From Ostreococcus lucimarinus (taxonomy: Eukaryota): a stretch of 64,000 bases of DNA. A program made the translations under genes and the position numbers. The stretch lies in NCBI GenBank assembly GCA_000092065.1, contig CP000584.1; one strand, given 5' to 3'. Numbering within the stretch: position 1 is the stretch's first letter; each line of letters starts with the position of its first letter. The notes under the pieces are model-generated. The model worked only from the letters and a program-made list of their open reading frames with translations, did no database searches and was not told the DNA's origin. Positions 22,267 through 31,926 of this stretch are shown one piece after another.

Positions 22267-22803
22267 ATGAGCGCGTCGTTCGAAGAGTCCGTCATCGCCC
22301 TCAAGAGCATGTTCCCCGATCTCAGCGAAGTCGTCGTTCGCGCGACGCTCGAAGCGCGAGACGGACACATGGAGAGCGCGGTGGAGAAGCTGTTGGCGAT
22401 GAGCCGTCGCGGAAGCGGGAACGGCTCGAGCGCGCACGGAGGCGGGCGAAACGGTGGACAAGAATACGGCGGTGCGAGATTCGGCGCGCCGGGGGCGGTC
22501 GGGATGTCGCCGAGCGCGACGGGGGGGAGAAACGGGTGCGTAGTGGTGACCTCGCGATATCGCGATTCGATGGTGGAAAGACGCGCGTGCGGCGCGCGCG
22601 AGCGTGGGTTTGACCGCGAGGGGACGCGAAACGGTGGTGAAGATTACGTGCGATCGAACGGTGCGGTCGCTGAGGGCGCGGAAGGGCGTTGGTGGGATGA
22701 ACATGGACGATCTATCGAGTTTGGGCGATCGCGCTGGCGGGCGGCGACGCGGCGGGGCGAGGTCGAGTGGCGAACGCTCGAGCGATGCGGCGATGATGAC
22801 TGA
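22267..22803 (+). CDS. CUE (ubiquitin-binding) domain protein; only the first ~45 aa (SVIALKSMFPDLSEVVVRATLEARDGHMESAVEKLL) look like genuine domain sequence; remainder may be intron read-through
   Basis: MFP...LL CUE signature at the N-terminus. Downstream sequence is Gly/Arg low-complexity. Candidate GTGCGT donor ~22535. Confidence 0.45.
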   Translation: MSASFEESVIALKSMFPDLSEVVVRATLEARDGHMESAVEKLLAMSRRGSGNGSSAHGGGRNGGQEYGGARFGAPGAVGMSPSATGGRNGCVVVTSRYRDSMVERRACGARERGFDREGTRNGGEDYVRSNGAVAEGAEGRWWDEHGRSIEFGRSRWRAATRRGEVEWRTLERCGDDD

Positions 22804-22856
22804 CGACGGCGATGTTGCGATGATACAGACAAGGATTCGGTAACGGTGGTGGAGGG

Positions 22857-23366
22857 ATGGGGAGTAATGACTTTTATTCCAACGTGCCGCCGCCGAGGGA
22901 GGATGAGGACTCGCTGTGGGGCTGGCTCACGGGCGACGACGATTACCTGAATTCTCGCGGACGAACGGGGCAACAGGATGAGACGTGGAATTGGATCGCG
23001 AACCAGATGTCGTATTTGGCGCTCGAAGTTTCGACGCAAATCAAAGGCGTGACGGACGCCATCGCGGAGGAGATTTTGGGTCCGCCCGAGGAAGAGTTAG
23101 GGGAGGAAGTCGAGGACATTACGGAGGAAGAACGAGAGCGCGCGGACGTCGTTTCCGGTGGCATGGCGATACAAGCGAACCGACGTACGACGCAGCCGAA
23201 GAGTGAGCCGAAACCAAAACCGAAAAAGCCGATGCGATCTTCGCAGGAGGAATACGACGACGACGAAGACGACGCGCTGGGGGGTATTTTGAACTTGCTC
23301 GGATTAGAGGACGACTTGGACGACGACGAGCAGTACGTTCGTCGCGATTCGAAGAAGGATAAGTGA
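22857..23366 (+). CDS. Acidic protein segment (WGWLTGDDDYL...; DDDEDDALGGILNLLGLEDDLDDDEQY), possibly the downstream exon(s) of the CUE-domain gene
   Basis: Clean ORF in a different frame from 22267..22803. ATACAG acceptor candidate ~22825. No independent promoter-like gap. Confidence 0.4.
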   Translation: MGSNDFYSNVPPPREDEDSLWGWLTGDDDYLNSRGRTGQQDETWNWIANQMSYLALEVSTQIKGVTDAIAEEILGPPEEELGEEVEDITEEERERADVVSGGMAIQANRRTTQPKSEPKPKPKKPMRSSQEEYDDDEDDALGGILNLLGLEDDLDDDEQYVRRDSKKDK

Positions 23367-23456
23367 GCGAGATTTCAATTGTTTTTAGCCAGCGATTTGT
23401 TATTTCATATTCAGCACTCTCCTCACACAGAAAGGGGACGCCGAACCTAAGAAACT

Positions 23457-24494
23457 CTACGCGTCGAGCGCCAAGTCCCGAACGTCCGCGCACGCGCCCT
23501 CAATGGCGGATTGAAACGACGAAGTGCTATCCATGCTCGATCGCGGCGCGCGCGCCGTGATCGATTTCGAAGATATCGTCGACTGCGGGTCCAGATTCGA
23601 ATCGATCGTGGATTTTTCAAATCGAATCTTCACCGCCGCCGCCTCGCGCGCTCGCCGCCGCCGTCGCTTCTTCTGCAACTGCCTCAAACGTTCCTTCGCC
23701 TCCTCCGCCTCCTTCGCTTCGACGAGCTTGTGGAGCTCGTCGAAGTACTCTTTATCGGTCTTTTTCCGCGGCGTGGCGTCGACATCGACGGAATCGTTCC
23801 ATTGCGGCTTCCCCGCGCGCCGAGGCGGTTCCATCGAGACGCCGCCGGAAATCGCCGCCGCGCGCGCCGCGCGTCTCTCACGACTCCTCTTCGCGAGCAC
23901 CGCCGTGCGTCGCGCGTGACGCTTTCGCGCGCGCATCACAGAAACATCCACCGGCGTCTTCTCCCGCCCGACCGACGCGATCGGGACTTCCCCATCGCGA
24001 TCCTTCTCCGCGTCGACTTCGTTGACTCGCGTTGACCGCGCCGCGCCCGCCGCCTCCGCGCGCCTCACCTCCACCGCCCGCACCCCCACCGCGGGTCGCG
24101 GTCGCACCGCGCACGCGATCCCTCGCGTTTTCCCAACCACCCGCGCCGCTCGCTCGCGCTCCATCAGCGCCCTCTTCACCGCTCGAAGCTCGCGTTCTCG
24201 TCGTTCGCACGCCTCGCACGCCGCCTCCGCCTGCGCGCTCGCGCTCCGCGTCTCCACCACCGCCTCCTCCGTCCCGACGTTCGCCGCCCGCGCCTCCGCC
24301 GCGCGTTCGATCGATCGTCGTCGCGCCTCCGCCGCGTCCGCGCGCGCCATCTCTCGCACGGCGTCCATGAACGCGTCCATCGTCGCGCGCGCGCTCGGGA
24401 CGCGAACAGTCGCGTCGAGTCGCGTCGCGCCGTCGCGCGCCTCGAACCACGCGCGCGCGCCCTCGTCGACGCGCGACGTCGACGCGCGCATCGT
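23457..24494 (-). CDS. Hypothetical charged/coiled-coil protein ([34 protein letters not shown] near C-terminus)
   Basis: Track ORF extends to 24917 but would overlap the fumarase start. Truncated to internal ATG ([10 protein letters not shown]..). The opposite-strand ORF 24022..24804 is Ser/Arg/Ala-rich shadow. Confidence 0.4.
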   Translation of the reverse strand, partial: TMRASTSRVDEGARAWFEARDGATRLDATVRVPSARATMDAFMDAVREMARADAAEARRRSIERAAEARAANVGTEEAVVETRSASAQAEAACEACERRERELRAVKRALMERERAARVVGKTRGIACAVRPRPAVGVRAVEVRRAEAAGAARSTRVNEVDAEKDRDGEVPIASVGREKTPVDVSVMRARKRHARRTAVLAKRSRERRAARAAAISGGVSMEPPRRAGKPQWNDSVDVDATPRKKTDKEYFDELHKLVEAKEAEEAKERLRQLQKKRRRRRAREAAAVKIRFEKSTIDSNLDPQSTISSKSITARAPRSSMDSTSSFQSAIEGACADVRDLALDA

Positions 24495-24614
24495 TCGCTC
24501 GCGTTCGCGGGCGCGTCGCGCGCGCCCGCGCGTCGCGTCGCGCTGTGCGGCGCCGCGCGCGCGATTGTTGACCGCGGCGACCGACCGCGACGCATCGACA
24601 CGACGCGACGCGCG

Positions 24615-26342
24615 ATGCTCGGACGCGCCGCGCGGCGGATGGCGCGAGACGCGACGGCGATGGCGCGCGCGGACGCGTCGTGGCGCGCGGCGCGCTCGAT
24701 CCGACGTCGCGACCGCGCGAGCGACGCGTTCGAGCACGACGCGCCGTTCGCGACGCGCGCGGCGAAAGAGGTCGAGTGGCGACTGGTCACGCGCGACGGC
24801 GTGACGACGACGGCGGGCGCGGACGGGGAGACGTACGTCAAGGTGGCGCCCGAGGCGCTGACGGCGCTGGCGGCGCGCGCGGTGCGAGACGTGAGCCATC
24901 TGTTGCGTCCGGGACACTTGAAACAGTTACGAGGGATACTGGACGACCCGGAGGCGTCGAAGAACGATCGATTCGTGGCGTTGGAGCTGCTGAAGAACGC
25001 GTGCGTGGCGGCGGGAATGGTTCTACCGGGATGCCAAGACACGGGAACGGCGATCGTGATGGGGAAGCGCGGAGGAAGGGTGCTGACGGATGGGGAGGAC
25101 GAACGCGCGCTGAGCCGCGGGGTGTACGATACGTACAAAACGACGAATTTGCGCTACTCGCAAGTGGCGCCGTTGACGATGTTCGAGGAGAAGAACACTG
25201 GATCGAACCTTCCGGCGCAGATCGATCTGTACGCGACGAAGGGTGATGAGTATCACTTTCAGTTTATGACGAAGGGCGGCGGAAGCGCGAACAAGACGTT
25301 TTTATTCCAGCAAACCAAAGCCGTGCTCAACGAGGCGAGTTTGCTGTCGTTTTTGGAAGAAAAGATTAAAAACATCGGTACGAGCGCGTGTCCGCCCTAT
25401 CACTTGGCTATCGTCATCGGTGGACTGAGCGCGGAGCAAAATTTGAAGACGGTGAAGATGGCGAGCGCGCGGTATTACGACAACTTGCACACCTCCGGGA
25501 ACGAACTCGGGCGCGCGTTCAGAGACCTGGAGTGGGAAGAAAAGATCCACAAGTTGACACAAACCATGGGCATTGGCGCGCAATTCGGCGGGAAATACTT
25601 TTGTCACGACGTGCGCGTGATTCGCCTACCGCGTCACGGCGCCTCGTGCCCCATCGGCCTCGGCGTTTCGTGCTCGGCCGATCGACAAGCGCTCGGGAAG
25701 ATCACAAAAGACGGCGTGTTCATAGAGGCGCTGGAAACGGATCCGAGCAAGTACCTTCCCGACGTACGAGAGGACAATCTGTCCAACGAAGTCGTGCACG
25801 TCGATTTGAACCGGCCGATGTCTGAGATTTTGGCGACGCTGAGCGCGTGCGAGGTGACGACCCGGCTCACGCTCACCGGTCCCCTCGTCGTCGCCCGCGA
25901 TATTGCGCATGCAAAGTTAAAAGAACAGCTCGACCGCGGCGAGGATTTACCCCAATACATGAAGGATCACGCGGTGTATTACGCCGGTCCCGCGAAGACG
26001 CCCGAAGGCATGGCGAGCGGTTCCTTCGGTCCCACCACCGCCGGTCGCATGGACTCTTACGTCGATCAATTCCAAGCCGCCGGCGGTTCCATGGTCATGC
26101 TCGCCAAAGGCAATCGTTCCGCCGCCGTCACCCGCGCCTGTAAAACCCACGGCGGTTTTTACCTCGGCTCCATCGGCGGCCCCGCCGCGATTCTCGCTCA
26201 AAACAACATCAAAAAAGTCGACGTCCTCGAGTTCCCCGAGCTCGGCATGGAGGCCGTGTGGAAGATTCAGGTCGAGAATTTCCCCGCCTTCGTCGTCGTC
26301 GACGACAAGGGCCACAATTTCTTTTTAAAGTGGACCGGATAG
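24615..26342 (+). CDS. Class I (Fe-S) fumarate hydratase, fused alpha+beta domains (FumA/TtdA-TtdB type), with presequence
   Basis: [15 protein letters not shown] and the full-length architecture of fused class I hydro-lyases. 575 aa. Arg-rich N-terminal targeting peptide. Confidence 0.9.
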   Translation: MLGRAARRMARDATAMARADASWRAARSIRRRDRASDAFEHDAPFATRAAKEVEWRLVTRDGVTTTAGADGETYVKVAPEALTALAARAVRDVSHLLRPGHLKQLRGILDDPEASKNDRFVALELLKNACVAAGMVLPGCQDTGTAIVMGKRGGRVLTDGEDERALSRGVYDTYKTTNLRYSQVAPLTMFEEKNTGSNLPAQIDLYATKGDEYHFQFMTKGGGSANKTFLFQQTKAVLNEASLLSFLEEKIKNIGTSACPPYHLAIVIGGLSAEQNLKTVKMASARYYDNLHTSGNELGRAFRDLEWEEKIHKLTQTMGIGAQFGGKYFCHDVRVIRLPRHGASCPIGLGVSCSADRQALGKITKDGVFIEALETDPSKYLPDVREDNLSNEVVHVDLNRPMSEILATLSACEVTTRLTLTGPLVVARDIAHAKLKEQLDRGEDLPQYMKDHAVYYAGPAKTPEGMASGSFGPTTAGRMDSYVDQFQAAGGSMVMLAKGNRSAAVTRACKTHGGFYLGSIGGPAAILAQNNIKKVDVLEFPELGMEAVWKIQVENFPAFVVVDDKGHNFFLKWTG

Positions 26343-26410
26343 CGTCTTGAAATCCCGCGCTCGCGCCGCCTCCAGCCCCGCGCCCCGCACACCTCGACGC
26401 GTGCCCGACG

Positions 26411-27436
26411 ATGCCGCGCACCGCCGACGACGACGCGCGCGCGCTCGCGCATCGCGACGTCAACGCCGCGACGGAGACGAACGGAGACGCGATGTGCGAC
26501 GCCGCGATGAAACCGAACGACGAAAAGGACGCGCGCGACGACGACGCGGGCGCAGACGACGACGCGGGGATTCAAAATCAAAATCTGGCTGTTGACGACG
26601 CGTCGAAGGATGACGACGCGACGACGATGATCGACGCGAAGCGCGCGCGAGAAGAAACCGAGGAAGAGGCGAAAGACGCGCGGGGAAAGGCGAAATCGCG
26701 ACACGGGAAGGAACGCGCGGCGAGAGAGATGGATTTGCAGACGCTGCCAGAGGCGTTGGGAGAGTGGAAGACGAACGCGGAGCTCGAGTTGGGGAATTTG
26801 TGGACGAGACAGCGCTTGCGATTGTTGGATTGGTTCGAGACGAAGTCGGCGATTAATAAGTGCATCGTGTCGTGTCCGGCGTCGGCGTTGAGAGAGAAGA
26901 TGCGGGCGTTGAGAGACGACGGGGTGTACGGGAGTTCGATGATTCCGTATTTGCAACTGTTGCGAGACGTCTTCGACGAGACGGATCAGTACAAGGATGA
27001 TTTGGATGAGGAATTGGATTTTAATGATTTTTTCGACGACGACGACGACGAGTCTGAAGATGACGAATCTGAAGATGACGATTCCGAAGACGACGAATCT
27101 GAAGACTCAGCTGAGGAGATTCCGGTCGTCTCTCGCGCGCCTCGCGCCGAAGCCGCCGCCGAGCCTCCTCAACGCGCGGGCGCCTCTCGATCAGCGCCGA
27201 GCACTGAAGAGATGGACGAAATCAAGATCAAGTTTAGTAAATTCACCCAATTCCTCGGTCAATACTTCTCCGAGAAGCGTCTCGAGGTGGAGAACGTCGT
27301 CGAAATAGTCGATCACGCGGCCCGAGCCGGCTTCGACGACCCCCAAGAAGTGAACAAGTTTTTAGAAGTCATGCAAAAGCAGAACAAGATCATGTACGAC
27401 CAGTCCGAGTCTCAGTGGACGGTGTACATCTTGTAG
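26411..27436 (+). CDS. Hypothetical acidic protein (DESEDDESEDD tracts) with conserved-looking C-terminal helical domain
   Basis: Clean 341-aa ORF. No confidently recognised domain (a weak DEK-C-like impression only). Confidence 0.5.
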   Translation: MPRTADDDARALAHRDVNAATETNGDAMCDAAMKPNDEKDARDDDAGADDDAGIQNQNLAVDDASKDDDATTMIDAKRAREETEEEAKDARGKAKSRHGKERAAREMDLQTLPEALGEWKTNAELELGNLWTRQRLRLLDWFETKSAINKCIVSCPASALREKMRALRDDGVYGSSMIPYLQLLRDVFDETDQYKDDLDEELDFNDFFDDDDDESEDDESEDDDSEDDESEDSAEEIPVVSRAPRAEAAAEPPQRAGASRSAPSTEEMDEIKIKFSKFTQFLGQYFSEKRLEVENVVEIVDHAARAGFDDPQEVNKFLEVMQKQNKIMYDQSESQWTVYIL

Positions 27437-27526
27437 CCCTAGCGAGTAGCCTTTGTCATCACATTCAATCATTACTGAAAAAAATTCAAAAATTCGAACG
27501 CGACAGACGGCACATCCCGTCGTCAG

Positions 27527-30019
27527 ATGTCCGCCGCGACGAAAGCCGCCGAGCGCGACGCCCTGGAGCGACTCCAGCGCGACGTGCGCAAGCACGCGCG
27601 CGACGAGAGCGTCGAGATCGATGCCGCGCGCGGCTGGCGCGTTACGTTTACCGAGCGCAAAACGGGCGCGCAAGCGGGGACATTTTACAAAGAGTTTTAC
27701 GCCCCCGACGGCACGCGGTTTCGAAGCGCCAAAGAAGTCTGCGCGCACGTCCAACAGATTCGAGGGATGAAGCGTAAAGCGCTGAAAGCGAGCGCGGGAT
27801 CGGGAAAGGAGAAAGGAAGCGGGAAGGGCGATGGAAAGGCGAAACGGGGGAGGCCGAGCGCGAGCGCGGAAACCGAGAACGAGGCGGACGCGCTGGAGAA
27901 ACTGTACGCGTACGTGAAGAACACGGCTGGTCGTGATATACGTCATCACGGTTGGGGCGTGGTGTTCGTGGAGCGGAAGTCGGGGGCGCTGGCTGGGCAG
28001 GTGTATAAAGACTACTTGACGCCGTGCGGGAACAAAGTACGGTCGATGAAGGAGGTGATGGTGTACTTGGCGGGGGTGAAGTCGCCGCAATCGAAAAAGA
28101 AGATTCGTCGTGACGATGGGAGCGTGGAGGAGGAGATGGAGGCGGAACCGACCGAGGCGGAGCTTCAAGCGTTGGAAATGAAGATTACAGAAGAGCACGC
28201 GGCGGCGATTACCAGAGCCGTGCCAGCGTTACCGGCGCGCACGCAATCCGTGCAAGTGACTGGCCTAGAATTAGACGATGATATGGATGAGGATCGGTTG
28301 CTTGTTGAATTTAGCAACATCACCGGACTCGAACCGGTGTATGAAACCTTGGAAGAGCTGCGGGAAATGGTGAATAAAGAGCGCGCTCGGGCGGCGGCGA
28401 AAAACGAGGCGATGGAGTTCAATTTCAAGCCGCCAACGACGCGCGCGCCGCGACCTTCTCTCGAAGCGCTGCCAAATGGGCTGAGCTACGCCGCGAAGGA
28501 AGTCGATGAGACGAAGAAGGCGGATCAGTTGGCGTTAATTCAACGCTTTCAGAAGGAAAGCAAAATCATGAATAAGCTTGGAGATGCTTCCAAAGCCGAT
28601 TGGAGAGGTGAAGCGCGCGTACCGAAAGTTTTGGGAGACACATCGGTTCCGGATGTTGTGCGTGGGGGTACGCGCGCCGGAGCGACGCCCATGATTGCGG
28701 GAACGGCGGCGGAAATCAAACTTTTACCGAGCACGACTGAGATTGATTACGACGGCGCTGAGGACAGGCCTCCGTTCGATCCCACTGATACGAGCTCGGT
28801 GACGACGCTCAAGGCAGCCATGCATACATCAACGGCGCCGGATGAAGTGCGGTGTCGCGAAGATGAGCGCGCGAAAGTGATCGATTTGATTCAAGGGTGC
28901 TTGCGTGATCACAAACCGGGCAGTCTGTATCTCGCCGGACTGCCAGGGACGGGGAAAACACTCACGCTCAAAGACGTTCAGAGAACAACGGAAAGATGGG
29001 GTATCGTAGGTAAGACTCGACCCCGTGTAGCTTTCATCAACTGCATGTCCGTGCACAACGCCAAAGATATTTTTGGAGTCGTTTTAGATCAACTTGGCGA
29101 AAGAGTTGCATCTGAAGACCGAGCGCCAAGCGTGGGATCCATAGAATACAGCAATATCCCAGAAGTCGTGGCGTTGAGAAGAGTAGTGACTTCGATGAAC
29201 GGTGGAATGTGCATCATTCTGCTCGATGAGATGGATCAACTCGAAACACGAGATCAAGAGGTTTTGTACGAGCTGTTTGCTTTGCCCGCACTCAAGGGAT
29301 CACGATGCGTTTTAGCGGGAGTCTCCAACGCGATCAATCTCACCGATCGCGTGCTGCCTAGATTGCGCGCTCGTGGATGCGAGCCTGCACTCGTAACGTT
29401 TTCTGCGTACGATGCCAAGCAGCTCAAGGTATTGCTGAAACAGCGCCTCGCGGCGCTTCCATTCAAGGCTTTCGAGGACTCTGCGTTGGAATTGTGTTCG
29501 CGGAAAGTAGGCGCGGCGACGGGCGACATGCGAAAGGCGCTCAACGTGTGCGCCACCGCCGTCGACATATGCGTGCAAGAAGCGACGAAGATCTCAGAGG
29601 ATGGTAGCGAAGCGCCCGCCTCGGCCAAGGGCACTGTGAAGATTTCCCACATGGCGCGCGCGCTTTCAAAAACGTACGCATCGCCAGTCGTGGACTCAAT
29701 CCGGGCATTGCCGCAAATGCAACAGATGGTCCTGTGTTCGGCGATAAAACTTTTGAGCAGTACGCACGCCATGGAGACGACGTTAGGGGCTTTGCATGAT
29801 CGATACGTCATCACTTGCAAGACAGCCGGTGTCAAGGATCTATCTCAAGGTGAGTTCCACAACATGTGCAGCGCGCTCTCGGATCATTGTTTGGTTAAGA
29901 TTGGGAATGCGAGTAACGATCGATTGCGCAAGCTACGATTGCTCGCCACGCGAGATGATGTGGAGTTTTCACTCCAAGGTGTGAACTTCTTCCGCAACTT
30001 ATTAGGGATCAACGAGTAG
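27527..30019 (+). CDS. CDC6: CDC6 (Cdc6/Orc1-family AAA+ licensing ATPase) with two N-terminal methyl-CpG-binding-domain (MBD)-like modules
   Basis: AAA+ core closely matches CDC6: GLPGTGKT Walker A; ILLDEMDQLETRDQEVLYELFALP...LTDRVLPRLRAR (cf. human VLDEMDQLDSKGQDVLYTLFEWP...LTDRILPRLQAR); sensor GDMRKALNVC; C-terminal winged-helix. N-terminus has two copies of GW(R/G)V.F.ERK(T/S)GA.AG..YK.(F/Y)..P.G...RS.KEV. fitting the MBD consensus. Confidence 0.8.
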   Translation: MSAATKAAERDALERLQRDVRKHARDESVEIDAARGWRVTFTERKTGAQAGTFYKEFYAPDGTRFRSAKEVCAHVQQIRGMKRKALKASAGSGKEKGSGKGDGKAKRGRPSASAETENEADALEKLYAYVKNTAGRDIRHHGWGVVFVERKSGALAGQVYKDYLTPCGNKVRSMKEVMVYLAGVKSPQSKKKIRRDDGSVEEEMEAEPTEAELQALEMKITEEHAAAITRAVPALPARTQSVQVTGLELDDDMDEDRLLVEFSNITGLEPVYETLEELREMVNKERARAAAKNEAMEFNFKPPTTRAPRPSLEALPNGLSYAAKEVDETKKADQLALIQRFQKESKIMNKLGDASKADWRGEARVPKVLGDTSVPDVVRGGTRAGATPMIAGTAAEIKLLPSTTEIDYDGAEDRPPFDPTDTSSVTTLKAAMHTSTAPDEVRCREDERAKVIDLIQGCLRDHKPGSLYLAGLPGTGKTLTLKDVQRTTERWGIVGKTRPRVAFINCMSVHNAKDIFGVVLDQLGERVASEDRAPSVGSIEYSNIPEVVALRRVVTSMNGGMCIILLDEMDQLETRDQEVLYELFALPALKGSRCVLAGVSNAINLTDRVLPRLRARGCEPALVTFSAYDAKQLKVLLKQRLAALPFKAFEDSALELCSRKVGAATGDMRKALNVCATAVDICVQEATKISEDGSEAPASAKGTVKISHMARALSKTYASPVVDSIRALPQMQQMVLCSAIKLLSSTHAMETTLGALHDRYVITCKTAGVKDLSQGEFHNMCSALSDHCLVKIGNASNDRLRKLRLLATRDDVEFSLQGVNFFRNLLGINE

Positions 30020-30097
30020 ACTCGTTGATTGTACATACAATTCGAGACGCGATTCGACGTCGTCAAACGAGGCGCACCACACAAAACGACACGCCAA

Positions 30098-30425
30098 ATG
30101 AAAGCTTCTCTCCTCCGACCATTGACATTGACCGCTCGACTTCGCGCTGTGCATCGCGTTAAGCCGCGTCTCAACACCGCTCGCTCGCTCGTCACTCGAG
30201 CCGACGCGACAGACCAATCAGGATCAGGCGCCTTCGTGCGAGGCCAAGCTCAGTTCTCGAAATTTTACCCAAGCGAAGCGCGCGATTTCACGTTCTCGAG
30301 ACACGTGATGCTCGCCGTCGACGGCACACATGCCTCTGAAGACGCCGCACGATGGGTCATTCAAAATGTCGTTCGCTCTGGAGATCTCCTGCACTTGATC
30401 CACGTCGCCGTTCCGGAATCGTTCG
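30098..30425 (+). CDS. Universal stress protein (UspA-domain) exon 1
   Basis: RHVMLAVDGTHASEDAARWVIQNVVRSGDLLHLIHVA is the Usp N-terminal beta-alpha-beta. Exon ends at GTACGC donor ~30426, just before an in-frame stop. Confidence 0.55.
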
Positions 30426-30518
30426 GTACGCTGCGTCGCGCGACGTTGTTCACTCGGAGAGACTGACCAAAACGACAAGGAGTTTACTACCTGGGCGCTC
30501 CCGGAACGGAGATCGCAG

Positions 30519-30976
30519 GAAGCGAGCTGGATTGGGAACGTAAAGACGAATTCTGGGCGAGTTGCATCCGCAGAACCGAACGCATGCTCGACGGCACCGT
30601 CACCCACATCATCGGCGAAGACGCCGACGCAGGGGAAGAGATGACGCCGTTTCGTCCGCCCATCGAACTCGATTGCATCTTGGATCAAACCTGGTACGCG
30701 TCACTTGATATACGTAACGCATATTTATCAACCTTCGACAGGGAGCCCGTTGGCGAGGTTTTACTCAACAAAGCGAAAGAGTCCAACGCCGAAATTCTCG
30801 TCGTCATCAAGCATCATAAGAGCTGGGTCCAAAAAATTTTCTCGGGATCGGTGAGCGAGTACCTGATCGACAAATCTGAGATCCCCATCCTCGTGTTTCC
30901 AGCCGCGATGCCCGCGTCTTCGGAAGACTTGATCTTAGGCGACGAAGACGATCAAAGTTCCAAAGGCGCGCGTTGA
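30519..30976 (+). CDS. Universal stress protein exon 2 (ILVVIKHHKSWVQKIFSGSVSEYLIDKSEIPILVF)
   Basis: CAG acceptor ~30518. A 93-nt intron restores the frame past the stop. C-terminal GSVS...P(V/I)LV Usp motif. Confidence 0.55.
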
Positions 30977-31082
30977 TAACTTCATTTCATTACAAAGATC
31001 CGTCATGAGATGAGAAAATGACCGAAACGATGCGAAAGAATCAAGACGAAATGTTTGAGCGCGGTTCGATTACACGCCGCGC

Positions 31083-31574
31083 TTAGTGGGCGAGGATTTC
31101 GCGCACGTACTTGTACGAGTTACTCCACACAGCCTTGCAAAGATCGATGGGCAAGCACTCTTGTTTGTTCTTGATGTTCTTGTCCGCACCATTTTGTAGC
31201 AAGAGATTGACGATTTCCACGTGTCCACGCATCGCCGCCCAGTGCAGCGCGGTGTTGTCGCCCATATCCAGCGCGTCCACGTCCGCGCCTTGCTCGAGCA
31301 TGAACTTCACCGTGTGATAGTGTCCGTTGTGCGCCGCGCGCTGCAACCCAGTATCTTTCATCAATCCGCTCTGTTGAATGTCAGCGCCTTCGTTGAGCAA
31401 CAGTTCGACAACCTTCGTGTGCCCGTTGCCCGCCGCGAGCACGAGCGGAGGATCCCCGCAGTGGTCGCACTCGTTAATCGGCGCGCCTTCGTGGATGTGC
31501 TCCTTCACCCAGTCGTAATAGCCATCGACGCAGTCGCGCCAAATATTGGATTTTTCCGGGATGAATCGTCCGGT
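31083..31574 (-). CDS. Small ankyrin-repeat protein (3 canonical ANK repeats: GDPPLVLAAGNGHTKVVELLL..., TGLQRAAHNGHYHTVKFML..., NTALHWAAMRGHVEIVNLLL...)
   Basis: Canonical ANK consensus. Open frame continues upstream of the track start to a CATCGCAG acceptor (~31577) with no in-frame ATG, implying an upstream exon. Confidence 0.6.
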   Translation of the reverse strand, partial: TGRFIPEKSNIWRDCVDGYYDWVKEHIHEGAPINECDHCGDPPLVLAAGNGHTKVVELLLNEGADIQQSGLMKDTGLQRAAHNGHYHTVKFMLEQGADVDALDMGDNTALHWAAMRGHVEIVNLLLQNGADKNIKNKQECLPIDLCKAVWSNSYKYVREILAH

Positions 31575-31703
31575 CTGCGATGCGTTCGCGTTCGTTCGTC
31601 AGTCGTCGACTCGGGAATCGCGCACGAGGGGCCTCGGACGCGCGGACGCGATCCAGCGTCGTCGCCTTTGCGCGCCTTCGCCCGCGTCGCGAGTTTCACG
31701 CAC

Positions 31704-31721
31704 CACGAGGTCGAACGGCAT
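31704..31721 (-). CDS. Candidate 18-nt first micro-exon (ATG CCG TTC GAC CTC GTG = MPFDLV) of the small ANK gene, followed by GTGCGT donor
   Basis: ATG directly followed by consensus donor GTGCGT. A 126-nt intron to the in-phase acceptor at ~31577. Purely a sequence-based model. Confidence 0.2.
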
Positions 31722-31926
31722 CGTGTTTTCTCGGTTTCTGTCGCCGTGTCGGGCGCGCGTGTGTGCAGCGCGCGCGCGCGCGTTCGCCCGCCTCGAAATG
31801 CGCGAGCCACTTTCAGCCGTTTTTTTGCCGTTTTTTCACTCGAGCAAAACTCTCTCAGAAACGAGCGTTGTATTAAACCGAGGCAAACTAACGAGAAATG
31901 CGAAAGTACTAATCGAGAGCGCGATA

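Noticed and set aside
31055-31085. tRNA-like GGTTCGATT motif near a convergent 3' end
   Set aside because: No acceptor/D/anticodon arm arrangement can be drawn around it. More likely a short GC hairpin in the 3' region.
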